From Candidatus Latescibacterota bacterium (GTDB lineage Bacteria; Latescibacterota; UBA2968; GCA-2709665), in contig OZ250150.1 in NCBI GenBank assembly GCA_965237675.1, positions 1,408,001 through 1,472,000 on the forward strand: DNA of 64,000 nucleotides, read 5' to 3'. This document shows, piece by piece, positions 1-8,032 of the stretch. Each line of letters starts with the position of its first letter. Within the stretch, counting starts at the first letter, position 1. The position numbers were made by a program, and so were the translations under genes. Below the pieces are notes generated by a model, which was given only the letters and a program-made list of their open reading frames with translations, did no database searches and was not told the origin of the DNA.

Positions 1-121
1 GATGCTCAGCCAGAGCGGCGGGTGTGGCGTGCGCCGCTGCCGGCGCGCCGAGCAGGCTCGGGAGGAGGATATAGCCGTCGAGCTCGAAGGCCCACCTCTG
101 CTCCTCGGTCATCAGCGCCAT
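1..121 (-). CDS. Phytanoyl-CoA dioxygenase (PhyH)-like protein, N-terminus; runs off the window edge
   Basis: Manual translation MALMTEEQRWAFELDGYILLPSLL matches the PhyH N-terminal pattern (compare 17242 MTDDEKYLFDLTGYLVL). Confidence 0.6.
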   Translation of the reverse strand, partial: MALMTEEQRWAFELDGYILLPSLLGAPAAAHATPAALAEH

Positions 122-168
122 GGACCCGCTCCGTGGACATCGAAGAGGTATTTTTCCGTTTCGGTCAT
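112..168 (-). pseudogene. Collapsed PhyH-like remnant (18 aa)
   Basis: Reads MTETEKYLFDVHG-AGPWR*: a PhyH start followed almost at once by a stop overlapping the next gene. Confidence 0.5.
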
Positions 169-323
169 GAGGCAACCCTTTCTCTCACAGATCGTCGCAT
201 TTGCGATTTGAGTTTGTTAGTGGGATGTGACAATCATCGGAACGAAATGGTTCGGTAAGCCCGCTGTGGCGTTCTCTGTTTGCTTCGTGATATTGATTCA
301 CACCGATGCTCTCTTTTCTATTG

Positions 324-411
324 CCGATAACGTTTTCCGTGCCCCCGAACCGCGAAGCGGTTGCGCGGAGGGCCGAATGGCCCGAAGCCGGGGGCACGGT
401 CGTGTTATGTG
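324..411 (-). mobile_element. attC-like integron recombination site
   Basis: Minus strand ACATAAC...GTTATCG enclosing the stem CCGTGCCCCC/GGGGGCACGG; 328-400 is identical to 4212-4284. Confidence 0.75.
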
Positions 412-529
412 TTGTGCCAGCCGGGGGGCGAGGGCGGCCTTGCCACGGATGGCAAGGCCGCTTTGTCGCTGAAACAGAATTCCCGCTAAATGAATTATTC
501 AGCGGAAATCTTGAAAGAAGAACGAGGGA

Positions 530-700
530 TTATGTCTCCTGTTTCACCGATTCTTCTCTACTTTTCCGCACCAGCTTTTCAGGATGCTCTTTCTGGCGTC
601 TTATGTAATACGCCACCAATTTCTTTGGGTCGTGATCACATTGCTCCGAAATCCTATGACGCACTTCACGAATCCTACGAATGGTCGGATCATCTTTCAT
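530..700 (-). CDS. Putative antitoxin, 56 aa (below ORF-track cutoff)
   Basis: MKDDPTIRRIREVRHRISEQCDHDPKKLVAYY...; start overlaps the end of the PIN gene. Confidence 0.65.
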   Translation of the reverse strand: MKDDPTIRRIREVRHRISEQCDHDPKKLVAYYIRRQKEHPEKLVRKSREESVKQET

Positions 701-1175
701 CTTCAATACCCCCCAGGAGTTCCAGCGGAGTCACCAACGTGGGCACATATAAGCCAAGAATAGTGTTGACTCGCTTGATGTGGGCAAACTTATTCGCGTT
801 AGCCAGATGATTGCAATTCCATGTGAGCAAAAATTCACACTTATGATAAGAGGCTGTAGCAAGATGGAGTGCATCGCCCAGGGGATCATTAGGCATCATC
901 TGGTGTTGGATATATGCTTCTACAATCTCAGCGATTTCTGGTTCAATTGGCAGCAGTGGCAAAGGAGCAACCAGGGCCAATACTCGGTCCTTGTTAGGAT
1001 ACTCTCCTACACTGAGTTCATCGATAACCGCTTCACTGGTGAAAATCTCATAACCCTCACGCCGTTCGTCCCACCATTGGCGTGTCCAAGTCCGCTTTGC
1101 AGCCATCTCGGGTTCTGTACGTGTTTCGTAATAGAAACTGGGAATAGATGTCTCGATGTAGACCTTAGGGATCAT
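690..1175 (-). CDS. PIN-domain (VapC-like) toxin
   Basis: VYIETSIPS, SEAVIDEL, DALHLATA and FLLTWNCNHLAN motifs. Confidence 0.85.
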   Translation of the reverse strand: MIPKVYIETSIPSFYYETRTEPEMAAKRTWTRQWWDERREGYEIFTSEAVIDELSVGEYPNKDRVLALVAPLPLLPIEPEIAEIVEAYIQHQMMPNDPLGDALHLATASYHKCEFLLTWNCNHLANANKFAHIKRVNTILGLYVPTLVTPLELLGGIEDER

Positions 1176-1363
1176 TATATATCATATTGTTTTTAATATG
1201 GTAAAGACGGTTCAATCCTGCTGCGATTGGTCACCTATTGACCTGCTATAAATCTACATATCTTAATCAAGTTCTTCAAGCGAAATTTCCGCTACTGAAG
1301 AACGTAGTGAGATTCTCTTGGGCGGCCAGGACGGCCGCCTGCTTTTGGAGGAAGGCTGGCATT

Positions 1364-1453
1364 GCACATAACGTTCTTGGGCCTTGCGAACCCGCGTCAG
1401 CGGGTTGTGTCGAAGCCCGACAGGGCTGAGCCGCAAGCGGACCTGTTAGCAGC
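1364..1453 (-). mobile_element. attC-like site
   Basis: Minus strand GCTGCTAAC...GTTATGTG, ~90-bp imperfect palindrome between genes; each core matches the far end of the adjacent cassette. Confidence 0.75.
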
Positions 1454-1583
1454 CGGTGCTTCGGAGAAGGCATTCGACTGCCCCTCTACTCCAGGAATTG
1501 ACCTCTGTGCCTTTGTGGTGCGCCTTACGTTCCGCTTCCGGGAAGGACGTTGGCATAACAGCCTGGCCAGGTCGATCATTGAA

Positions 1584-3857
1584 TCAGAACTCGGCGGCAA
1601 TCATCGCGTACTGTCCGATGTTCGTTAATGTGGTTTCCAAGTGGTTTCCGTCGAACGTGACCTCCAGGTCATCTCCCGTGCAAACGTCCCATACGCGACG
1701 AGGAGTGCCCCGCTCCGTGAGCCACCAGCGCAGGTTCACTTCGGGTATCGTGGTCACATAGTCAAACTGTGGGCTGAAGCGCGGCCAGATCTCCGGCAGA
1801 TGCTCGACGCGCTCGCCGGTGTGATTGATCAGAAACAACACTTGGCTTCCTGGTTTTTCATTCGGAATCATCACGAGTTGGTTCGGGCCATCGGTCATCA
1901 GAGGCCGGCCCTCCGGGTAGAGCCAATCCACCACGGCGCCTAGAAGATCGCGGACCACCAGCAGGCGATATTCAAAATGAAGCTCCTCCACCGGCGCGGC
2001 CAGATAGACGACGCGCCCCTTGCCGACCGACCGGCAGGTGACGGCGGGACACAGAGCGTCGTCCGCGCGCCCACCGAAGACGATGTTCGCCACCACGTCG
2101 GTTCCCGGCCGCGCTTGGACGAACTCGAACCGATTGAGCGGCCACAGCTCATGCGAGCACCCCTCGGCCAGCCATTGACCCGGAACGCAGCGACCGTACG
2201 TGTCGAACGTCCCCGCGGCCCAGAGGTGTTGTTCGTAATCAGCGAATTGGTCGGGGTTCGGGTCCACGCGGTCCACGCCCAGAAGGTCCGCCAAGGCGAA
2301 GTTATCGCGCATCTCCTCAGGCTCGGCACCGTACAGGCTCGTCCGGTACGTTGCCAGGAGCCGCCCGCCCACCTTCACATATTCCGTGATGCCCTCGACT
2401 TCCTCCCGCGTGAGATGGCCGACGTTGGGCAGAAACAGAACAGGATACTTTGCCAACGCCGCTGGATCGGAGAGAACCCGCTCCTCGATCACCGATGTCG
2501 GCAAATGGTTGGCCAGCATGGTCGAGAAAGCCCCGCGACGGCAGGATTGCTGCGGGGGCGTGCGCACGAGATAGCCCGCCTCGGAGAGCGGGGCCTCGAG
2601 TTCCCCCGGACGGTCGGCGAGGTCCTGCTTGAACTGGCCGATGACATCGCGCGGACGATCGCGCATCACCAGGGGCTCGGCGCGGAACCGCACCCGCTCG
2701 AGCATCTCATACACCCGCACCGGCAAAACAAATGGAATAGCAACAAACGGTGACGGGTGGAGATCTTCGAAGAGTGATTCATTCGTCTCCAGGATCTCAA
2801 GGAGCTCCGCCAGCTCACGATTGGCTTTGTGGGGAGGCGACAGCCAAAGGTTCACGCCGCACGCCACCAGGACGCCCCCTCCGGAAGCAAAGCTGGCTGC
2901 CGCTTCCTCGACGAGTTCCATGCCGAAGCACTGCGTCCGAGACCAGCCCGTCAAGGCGCCGACGTATTGCCACATAGCCCAACCCGACGACTCGGCCAGA
3001 CTGGCCGCCTCGAGCCGATGAAGGAAGTCGCCCCCGGCCTCGTAGAGAAATCCATTGTGCACCTCCACGATCCTGCGTTCGGGCCAGTTGCCCACACCCA
3101 GGCCGTGCGTCAGCACCGGGATGTCCTTCTTCTTTCGCGTCGCGGCGGCGAATTCGAGAAAGACATCGCCGACGATCCTGCCGTACTGCAGGCTCCACTC
3201 TTCCAGCATCTCCTGGTCTTCCCGAGGCAGGCTGTGCGGATCGGGTGCATACGGCATTGGGCAGCCGAATTGCCTCTCGAACTTCTCGAGGCAATAGTCG
3301 CAGTAGCACAAGGGCGACTGCGGGGTGTGGTGCGAATGGTAAGGACAGGCAGAATCGGTGTAGATCGCGTCGACGTCGTGGTCCACCACTTGTGCGATGA
3401 AAGCGCAGATGGCCTCTCGGTACGGTGTGTTGAAGCAGACGTGCCGGTGAAATCCGCCGCCGTGGTGCCTCAGGACAGGAGCGTCGCCTTCGGGGCTGGG
3501 GCGGTACATCCACTCCGGATGATGGATCAGCATGTTGTCTTCGGGAATAATGTGCCCCACGGGAATGTACCCGATGACGCGCACGTCCCGCGCATGGGCC
3601 TCGGCGATGGTCTCGGCGAGCAGGTCGCGCTCACTTAATTGAGGGTGCGGGGGAAAGAACTCATTGGGGAAGACCGCCCATTTGCCCGCGCTGCCGAACC
3701 AAATGGCGTTGGCGTGGTATTTCCGCACGACATCGACGAGCTGCTTCGCGTCAAAGTCGATGTCGGGCCAGAAGGGCGGGTGGTATTGCTCTATCTGAAA
3801 GGTGCGCGCCCGCCGTACCCACTCGTGACTTGGCTTGATCATAGCGATGACCTCCAA
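1584..3857 (-). CDS. Glycoside hydrolase-like protein (TIM barrel plus beta-galactosidase trimerisation/GATase-like domain)
   Basis: DLLAETIAEAHARDVRVIGY, VCFNTPYRE, CYCDYC, YPVLFLPN, GGRLLAT and GKGRVVYLA motifs; 757 aa. Confidence 0.75.
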   Translation of the reverse strand: MEVIAMIKPSHEWVRRARTFQIEQYHPPFWPDIDFDAKQLVDVVRKYHANAIWFGSAGKWAVFPNEFFPPHPQLSERDLLAETIAEAHARDVRVIGYIPVGHIIPEDNMLIHHPEWMYRPSPEGDAPVLRHHGGGFHRHVCFNTPYREAICAFIAQVVDHDVDAIYTDSACPYHSHHTPQSPLCYCDYCLEKFERQFGCPMPYAPDPHSLPREDQEMLEEWSLQYGRIVGDVFLEFAAATRKKKDIPVLTHGLGVGNWPERRIVEVHNGFLYEAGGDFLHRLEAASLAESSGWAMWQYVGALTGWSRTQCFGMELVEEAAASFASGGGVLVACGVNLWLSPPHKANRELAELLEILETNESLFEDLHPSPFVAIPFVLPVRVYEMLERVRFRAEPLVMRDRPRDVIGQFKQDLADRPGELEAPLSEAGYLVRTPPQQSCRRGAFSTMLANHLPTSVIEERVLSDPAALAKYPVLFLPNVGHLTREEVEGITEYVKVGGRLLATYRTSLYGAEPEEMRDNFALADLLGVDRVDPNPDQFADYEQHLWAAGTFDTYGRCVPGQWLAEGCSHELWPLNRFEFVQARPGTDVVANIVFGGRADDALCPAVTCRSVGKGRVVYLAAPVEELHFEYRLLVVRDLLGAVVDWLYPEGRPLMTDGPNQLVMIPNEKPGSQVLFLINHTGERVEHLPEIWPRFSPQFDYVTTIPEVNLRWWLTERGTPRRVWDVCTGDDLEVTFDGNHLETTLTNIGQYAMIAAEF

Positions 3858-4206
3858 AATCTGTACCGTCTTTTTTTACCCGCAGAGCCCGCGGAGAACG
3901 CAGAGAACGGCCTTCCATGATTCACGGCCGCTCATCATGATCGAGAAGCCGAGAAATATCAGGCTGAACCCCAGCCAGCAGCCCAAGCTCGGCTGTCGGC
4001 ACCAACTCAGGACCCGAGCTAACAGGAGCAACGTCGAGAATGGACGAAGAACGCTTTGGTTGCCGGCGGAAGGTCCGCTCCCACGTTTAACCCGAGGACC
4101 TCAACGACCCTCCCCGCTGTCATGAGAATGGGAAGCAGGAGTGCAGGTAACGCCGCAACCAGAGCAGCACGGAGGTCATTCGCAGTCATTGGTTTCGACT
4201 GGCATG

Positions 4207-4293
4207 GCTGCTAACGTTTTCCGTGCCCCCGAACCGCGAAGCGGTTGCGCGGAGGGCCGAATGGCCCGAAGCCGGGGGCACGGTGTTAGAGGC
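4207..4293 (-). mobile_element. attC-like site
   Basis: Minus strand GCCTCTAAC...GTTAGCAGC; 73 bp identical to the site at 324-411. Confidence 0.8.
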
Positions 4294-4323
4294 TGTGTGG
4301 CAGGGGTGGGGTTGAGTGGTTGC

Positions 4324-4614
4324 TCAAGCGCTTAACGACCGAGCCACGGTTTCTGGGTTTTCCGAAGCAATCTTGAGTAGGGCCCGAGCAGGACCCTCGG
4401 GACGGCGCCGTCCCTGTTCCCAATTTTGCAAAGTAGAGACGCTGACGCCAATCATCAGGGCGAATTCAGATTGCGACTTATCCAGTTTCTTTCGGATCAT
4501 CCTGATATCGGCGGGATCCATCTGGGTCGTGCGCCCTGGCTTCAACTTGCCGCGCTTGATCGCGCCAGCTTGCTTGACGCTGGCTACAAGTTGGTCAAAG
4601 TCACGCTCATTCAT
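4324..4614 (-). CDS. HTH (HigA/NadS-like) antitoxin
   Basis: SQSEFALMIGVSVSTLQNWEQGRRRPEGPARALL; overlaps the toxin stop. Confidence 0.88.
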   Translation of the reverse strand: MNERDFDQLVASVKQAGAIKRGKLKPGRTTQMDPADIRMIRKKLDKSQSEFALMIGVSVSTLQNWEQGRRRPEGPARALLKIASENPETVARSLSA

Positions 4615-4928
4615 GCCAGATACTCCCTTACGAGTTTGCTAAGCAGATTGCACTGTCGAGAGGTGAGATCTTCCTGCCGGCTCTTCCGATACACCCAGAG
4701 CATATAGACAACCTCGGCCGGCTTGTCCCAATAGTAGATCACACGAAGACCGCCCCGTTTGCCAGCGTGCGGCAATTTCCATCTCAGTTTTCGCAATCCA
4801 CCTGTATGCGGAATCAGCTCTCCTGATTCTGGCCGGAATAGGAGCGCCAGCTGTATTGCCCGGTAGTCCTCATCCGATAGTAGGGTCAAGATCTCCTTTG
4901 TGAAGATTGGCGTCTCGACGAAGATCAT
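4611..4928 (-). CDS. RelE/HigB-family toxin
   Basis: MIFVETPIF, TGGLRKLRW and GKRGGLRVIYY motifs; start taken at ATG 4928. Confidence 0.88.
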   Translation of the reverse strand: MIFVETPIFTKEILTLLSDEDYRAIQLALLFRPESGELIPHTGGLRKLRWKLPHAGKRGGLRVIYYWDKPAEVVYMLWVYRKSRQEDLTSRQCNLLSKLVREYLA

Positions 4929-4934
4929 ACGCAC

Positions 4935-4963
4935 AATATACGCCAATGACGTATAGCACGCAA
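4935..4963 (-). promoter_or_regulatory. Sigma70-like promoter with palindromic operator for the TA operon
   Basis: TTGCGT-17 bp-TATATT, with palindrome TATACG-N7-CGTATA (4937-4955); -10 box lies 6 nt before the ATG. Confidence 0.6.
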
Positions 4964-4986
4964 GGTCTTTACTTTGGCCACATGGC

Positions 4987-5056
4987 CTCTAACTACGGTA
5001 TTACCGAACAGTTACGGTAACGCGTACCTAATGCGAAGATCTGCGAACATTCGGGA
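4987..5056 (-). repeat. attI-like motif, copy 1
   Basis: Top strand TAACTACGGTATTACCGAACAGTTACGGTAA; GTT core on the minus strand directly before a cassette; related copies at 7542, 10006, 14970. Confidence 0.5.
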
Positions 5057-5374
5057 ACATGTTGCTTCGAAGCGTGTAGTCCGAACATGCTCAGGAATGC
5101 ATCCTATAGTCTTCACGATTGTACCAGAGTCTGATCTCGCGCTTAATTTCCCTGCAGCATATATATGAGGGTTTGTTGCCCTCGTTGGAAGAATTAAGTC
5201 GCGGTCGCGAGATATGTAGAAACGTGGGCGTATGAATTATACCTGCAAAGGAAGGCGACGGCAAGAGCGTGGGCGACTTCAGATCCACAAACTCATATGA
5301 TGTCGGCCGCAGAGCCGCTCCCTGAGCCGTCGAGCAGCAGCAGGCACGCCGTGCAGGTTGAAGTCATCGCAAAT

Positions 5375-6084
5375 TCAGGCTCGTGGCGTTAGGCGAGACT
5401 TGTACGTCGGTTCCCAGTGTTTCTCGCCCGGCCACTCCCGGTACTGGATGTCCGTTCCGAAGGCACTCAACGCGGCAAACAGCTCCTGTTCTGTCGGGAA
5501 ATTCTTCACGATGTCGTACTCCTGTCCATCCGAGAGAACCGCCGCTCGATGGTATCGCCGTTGGAATCCTCGTGACGTTGCGCGGCCATTCCGTCAACTC
5601 TGGGAACGTCATATTCGAGCTGGTCCGAAAACAGCACCAGCGCTCCGGGAATCAACCTGCGGTGAAGCGATTGCAGAAACTGCCGCACGCGGGACCTGGG
5701 AATGTGCGACCACCACCAGACAGCGAACGCTGCCGTGAAGGCGCCCGCCTCGGGGCCGAGGGAATACGCGTCTGCAAGGCGGAATTTCACATGCGGGAAA
5801 TGTTCACACCTCGATTGAGCCCGGGAGATCATTTCAGGATTGACGTCAATTCCGACAACCGACTTTGCAGTTTCCGCAAGGACCTCCGTCCAGTATCCGG
5901 TTCCACACGCAATTTCGAGGACGTCGTGGCCGAGAAAGAGCTGCTGATATCTTCTCTTTTTCGCAACGCGGAGAGTTTCTGCGTCGTGAGTCAGATACCC
6001 CGCGCTAACGTCGTATTCCGGAGCGCGCGCGGCATAGTATCGGGCCGTTTCTTCGGATGTCCCATCGCTGGAATGAGGCGTCAT
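5375..6084 (-). pseudogene. Class I SAM methyltransferase, frameshifted near 5540
   Basis: VLEIACGTGYWT motif; the C-terminus LSDGQEYDIVKNFPTEQEL continues in another frame; ends at GCCTAAC (5388-5394), an attC R''-like core. Confidence 0.7.
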
Positions 6085-6091
6085 CTCGACC

Positions 6092-6517
6092 CTATTCGCA
6101 GTTCTGTCTCTCGAAATTCCGAACAACCATTCCCACGCACTCCGAGAAACCCTGCTTGACGTAGAATTCAGCCACATCCCGGTCGCACACCAGGTCTACC
6201 ATATAAAGATGCCCGACCTGATCGAGCATTCGCCTGACAAGTTCGGCGCCAATGCCCATACCCTGGTATTCCGGGAGTACGCTGAGGTGAGGAATATATG
6301 CACAGGACACACCGTCCGAGATGGCGGAAATCCAACCGACGACCTGTCCTTCCGGCGAAATAGCCAGAACATGGAAATCGCTGCCCTGTAAAATTCGGAG
6401 ATGCGCCTCCGGGGAGGGAGGATCAGGCCAGTTTTCGAAGTGACCCTCAAGATTGTCGGGCCGGATTCCCTCAAGGGTACTCTGGTATCTGATTGACATC
6501 GGGTCGTGTGCGTTCAT
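6092..6517 (-). CDS. GNAT acetyltransferase
   Basis: LSVLPEYQGMGIGAELV and FYVKQGF motifs. Confidence 0.88.
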   Translation of the reverse strand: MNAHDPMSIRYQSTLEGIRPDNLEGHFENWPDPPSPEAHLRILQGSDFHVLAISPEGQVVGWISAISDGVSCAYIPHLSVLPEYQGMGIGAELVRRMLDQVGHLYMVDLVCDRDVAEFYVKQGFSECVGMVVRNFERQNCE

Positions 6518-6565
6518 GTGGATTTTTCACTGGCCATGTGGTCTGGCGTCTTGCCGCGCCTCAGC

Positions 6566-6635
6566 CGCGAATGCAGATGGGCGAAGGGGGTCTGCCCGAA
6601 GGCACATCCCGTCGGGTCGCTCGCCTGTGTTGGTC
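6566..6635 (-). mobile_element. Degenerate attC-like site
   Basis: Minus strand GACCAAC...ATTCGCG with imperfect arms and an internal hairpin, between two cassette-type genes. Confidence 0.3.
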
Positions 6636-6692
6636 TCCGCAACTGAAAACGCGCTGCGCAGTCAACGGGACGTGGCTCGTTCCGCCGTATGA

Positions 6693-7457
6693 TCAGGCAG
6701 CTGTCAGTGCGGGTCTTCTGGCGACCGCCACAAGACGATTGGATTCCCTGCCGTATTCCTCCCCCTCGAAACTCCCGTAGAGTTTCACATCGCCAAATCC
6801 AACGGCAAGCAGTCTGTCCTTCAGTTCCTGGCCGGAATATACGGTGTGGTGAAACTCGAAGGTGCGGACCTCCGGACCCTTGATGATGATCCATTCATTT
6901 CTGATGCGAGACCATTCGTCGAAGATCTCGTGGCGCTGCACCATCAGCGTACCGTCTTCAAGCTTCTCGGACGTCGTCGGCTGGAAAATCCTCGCCAGCT
7001 TCTCCTTGCCGATGATATCCATCACAAGACGTCCACCGGGCTTCAGACTGCCAAAAATCCTCCTCAACACCCTGACGTCCTCGTCCTTGTCATCAAAGTA
7101 GCCAAAGGAGGTGTTGAGGTTGAGAACAAGATCGAAGGATGCGGGGCGCTCAAACCCCCGCATGTCTTTCTCGACCCATTCGATGTCCGGATTCCATTGC
7201 GCCGCCCTTTCCGCCCCCTTGCCCAGCAGAAACGGGCTCCTGTCCACCGCTGTGACCTGAAACCCGCGCTGCGCCAAGGGGATCGCAAAGCGGCCGGGGC
7301 CGCAACACAGGTCGAGGACCGACCCTGAGTCCACACCGACCAGATTGAGGATGTCGTCAAGGTGCTTCTCGGCAGCCTCAAACCTTGCCTTAGAAAAAAG
7401 AAACGGATAAATCGCGGTCCAGAAGGACTCGTCTTCAAACCATTCCAAATGCCTCAC
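6693..7457 (-). CDS. Class I SAM methyltransferase
   Basis: VLDLCCGPGRFA, SFGYF and LKPGGRLVMD motifs. Confidence 0.9.
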   Translation of the reverse strand: MRHLEWFEDESFWTAIYPFLFSKARFEAAEKHLDDILNLVGVDSGSVLDLCCGPGRFAIPLAQRGFQVTAVDRSPFLLGKGAERAAQWNPDIEWVEKDMRGFERPASFDLVLNLNTSFGYFDDKDEDVRVLRRIFGSLKPGGRLVMDIIGKEKLARIFQPTTSEKLEDGTLMVQRHEIFDEWSRIRNEWIIIKGPEVRTFEFHHTVYSGQELKDRLLAVGFGDVKLYGSFEGEEYGRESNRLVAVARRPALTAA

Positions 7458-7538
7458 CTCCTGGACTTACCAACTCAATACAATTCGACTTCCCGTTTAG
7501 CGGGCGTGTCCTCACAGTTCTCAGGAAACGAATACTTT

Positions 7539-7600
7539 GCGTAACTTTGGTTTTGCCAAACAGGGACGGAAATACGGACCGGACCGGAAAACGCCCGAAC
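7539..7600 (-). repeat. attI-like motif, diverged copy 2
   Basis: TAACTTTGGTTTTGCCAAACAGGGACGGAAATACGGACCGGACCGGAAA aligns without gaps to the 14970 copy. Confidence 0.4.
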
Positions 7601-7630
7601 GCTCGCGACAGGTCACTCCTGGCCCGATCA

Positions 7631-7867
7631 TCAAGCTCGTAGATGCGCTTTCCATCCGACCACAACAATTTCACGTTCCGCCTCGGCAGGCACAGCGCGA
7701 AGTCCATCCGCTCGCCGATCCTCAAGGATGAGCGATATCGCATCCCGTAGACTCATAAGGGCTTCATCCTTAGACTTTCCCTGGCCATTGGCACCCGGAA
7801 TCTCAGGGCAATAGGCAATGATCCATTCGTTGTCATGTTCGATCACTGCGGTGAATTCGTTTCTCAT
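7631..7867 (-). CDS. hicB: HicB-like antitoxin; partner HicA apparently eroded
   Basis: FTAVIEHDNEWIIAYCPEIPGANGQGKSKDEAL motif. Confidence 0.8.
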   Translation of the reverse strand: MRNEFTAVIEHDNEWIIAYCPEIPGANGQGKSKDEALMSLRDAISLILEDRRADGLRAVPAEAEREIVVVGWKAHLRA

Positions 7868-7971
7868 ATTCGACCCTCCTGGAATCCTGATTCAAGGCTC
7901 ACTGCTCAAATCAATATATCCTCTTCCATTGGGAAAATACAGAAAAGATATCTGTTTCATCCCAGCCGATG

Positions 7972-8032
7972 TCATTTAACGTTCTCCGGTTTGCGAACCC
8001 AGAGCTCGGCCGCGGAGCCTACGCGCTGAGCC
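7972..8032 (-). mobile_element. Truncated attC-like site
   Basis: Shares GGCTCAGC...GGGTTCGCAA...AGAACGTTA with the attC at 1364-1453; the R'' arm is replaced by the end of the ankyrin gene. Confidence 0.45.
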
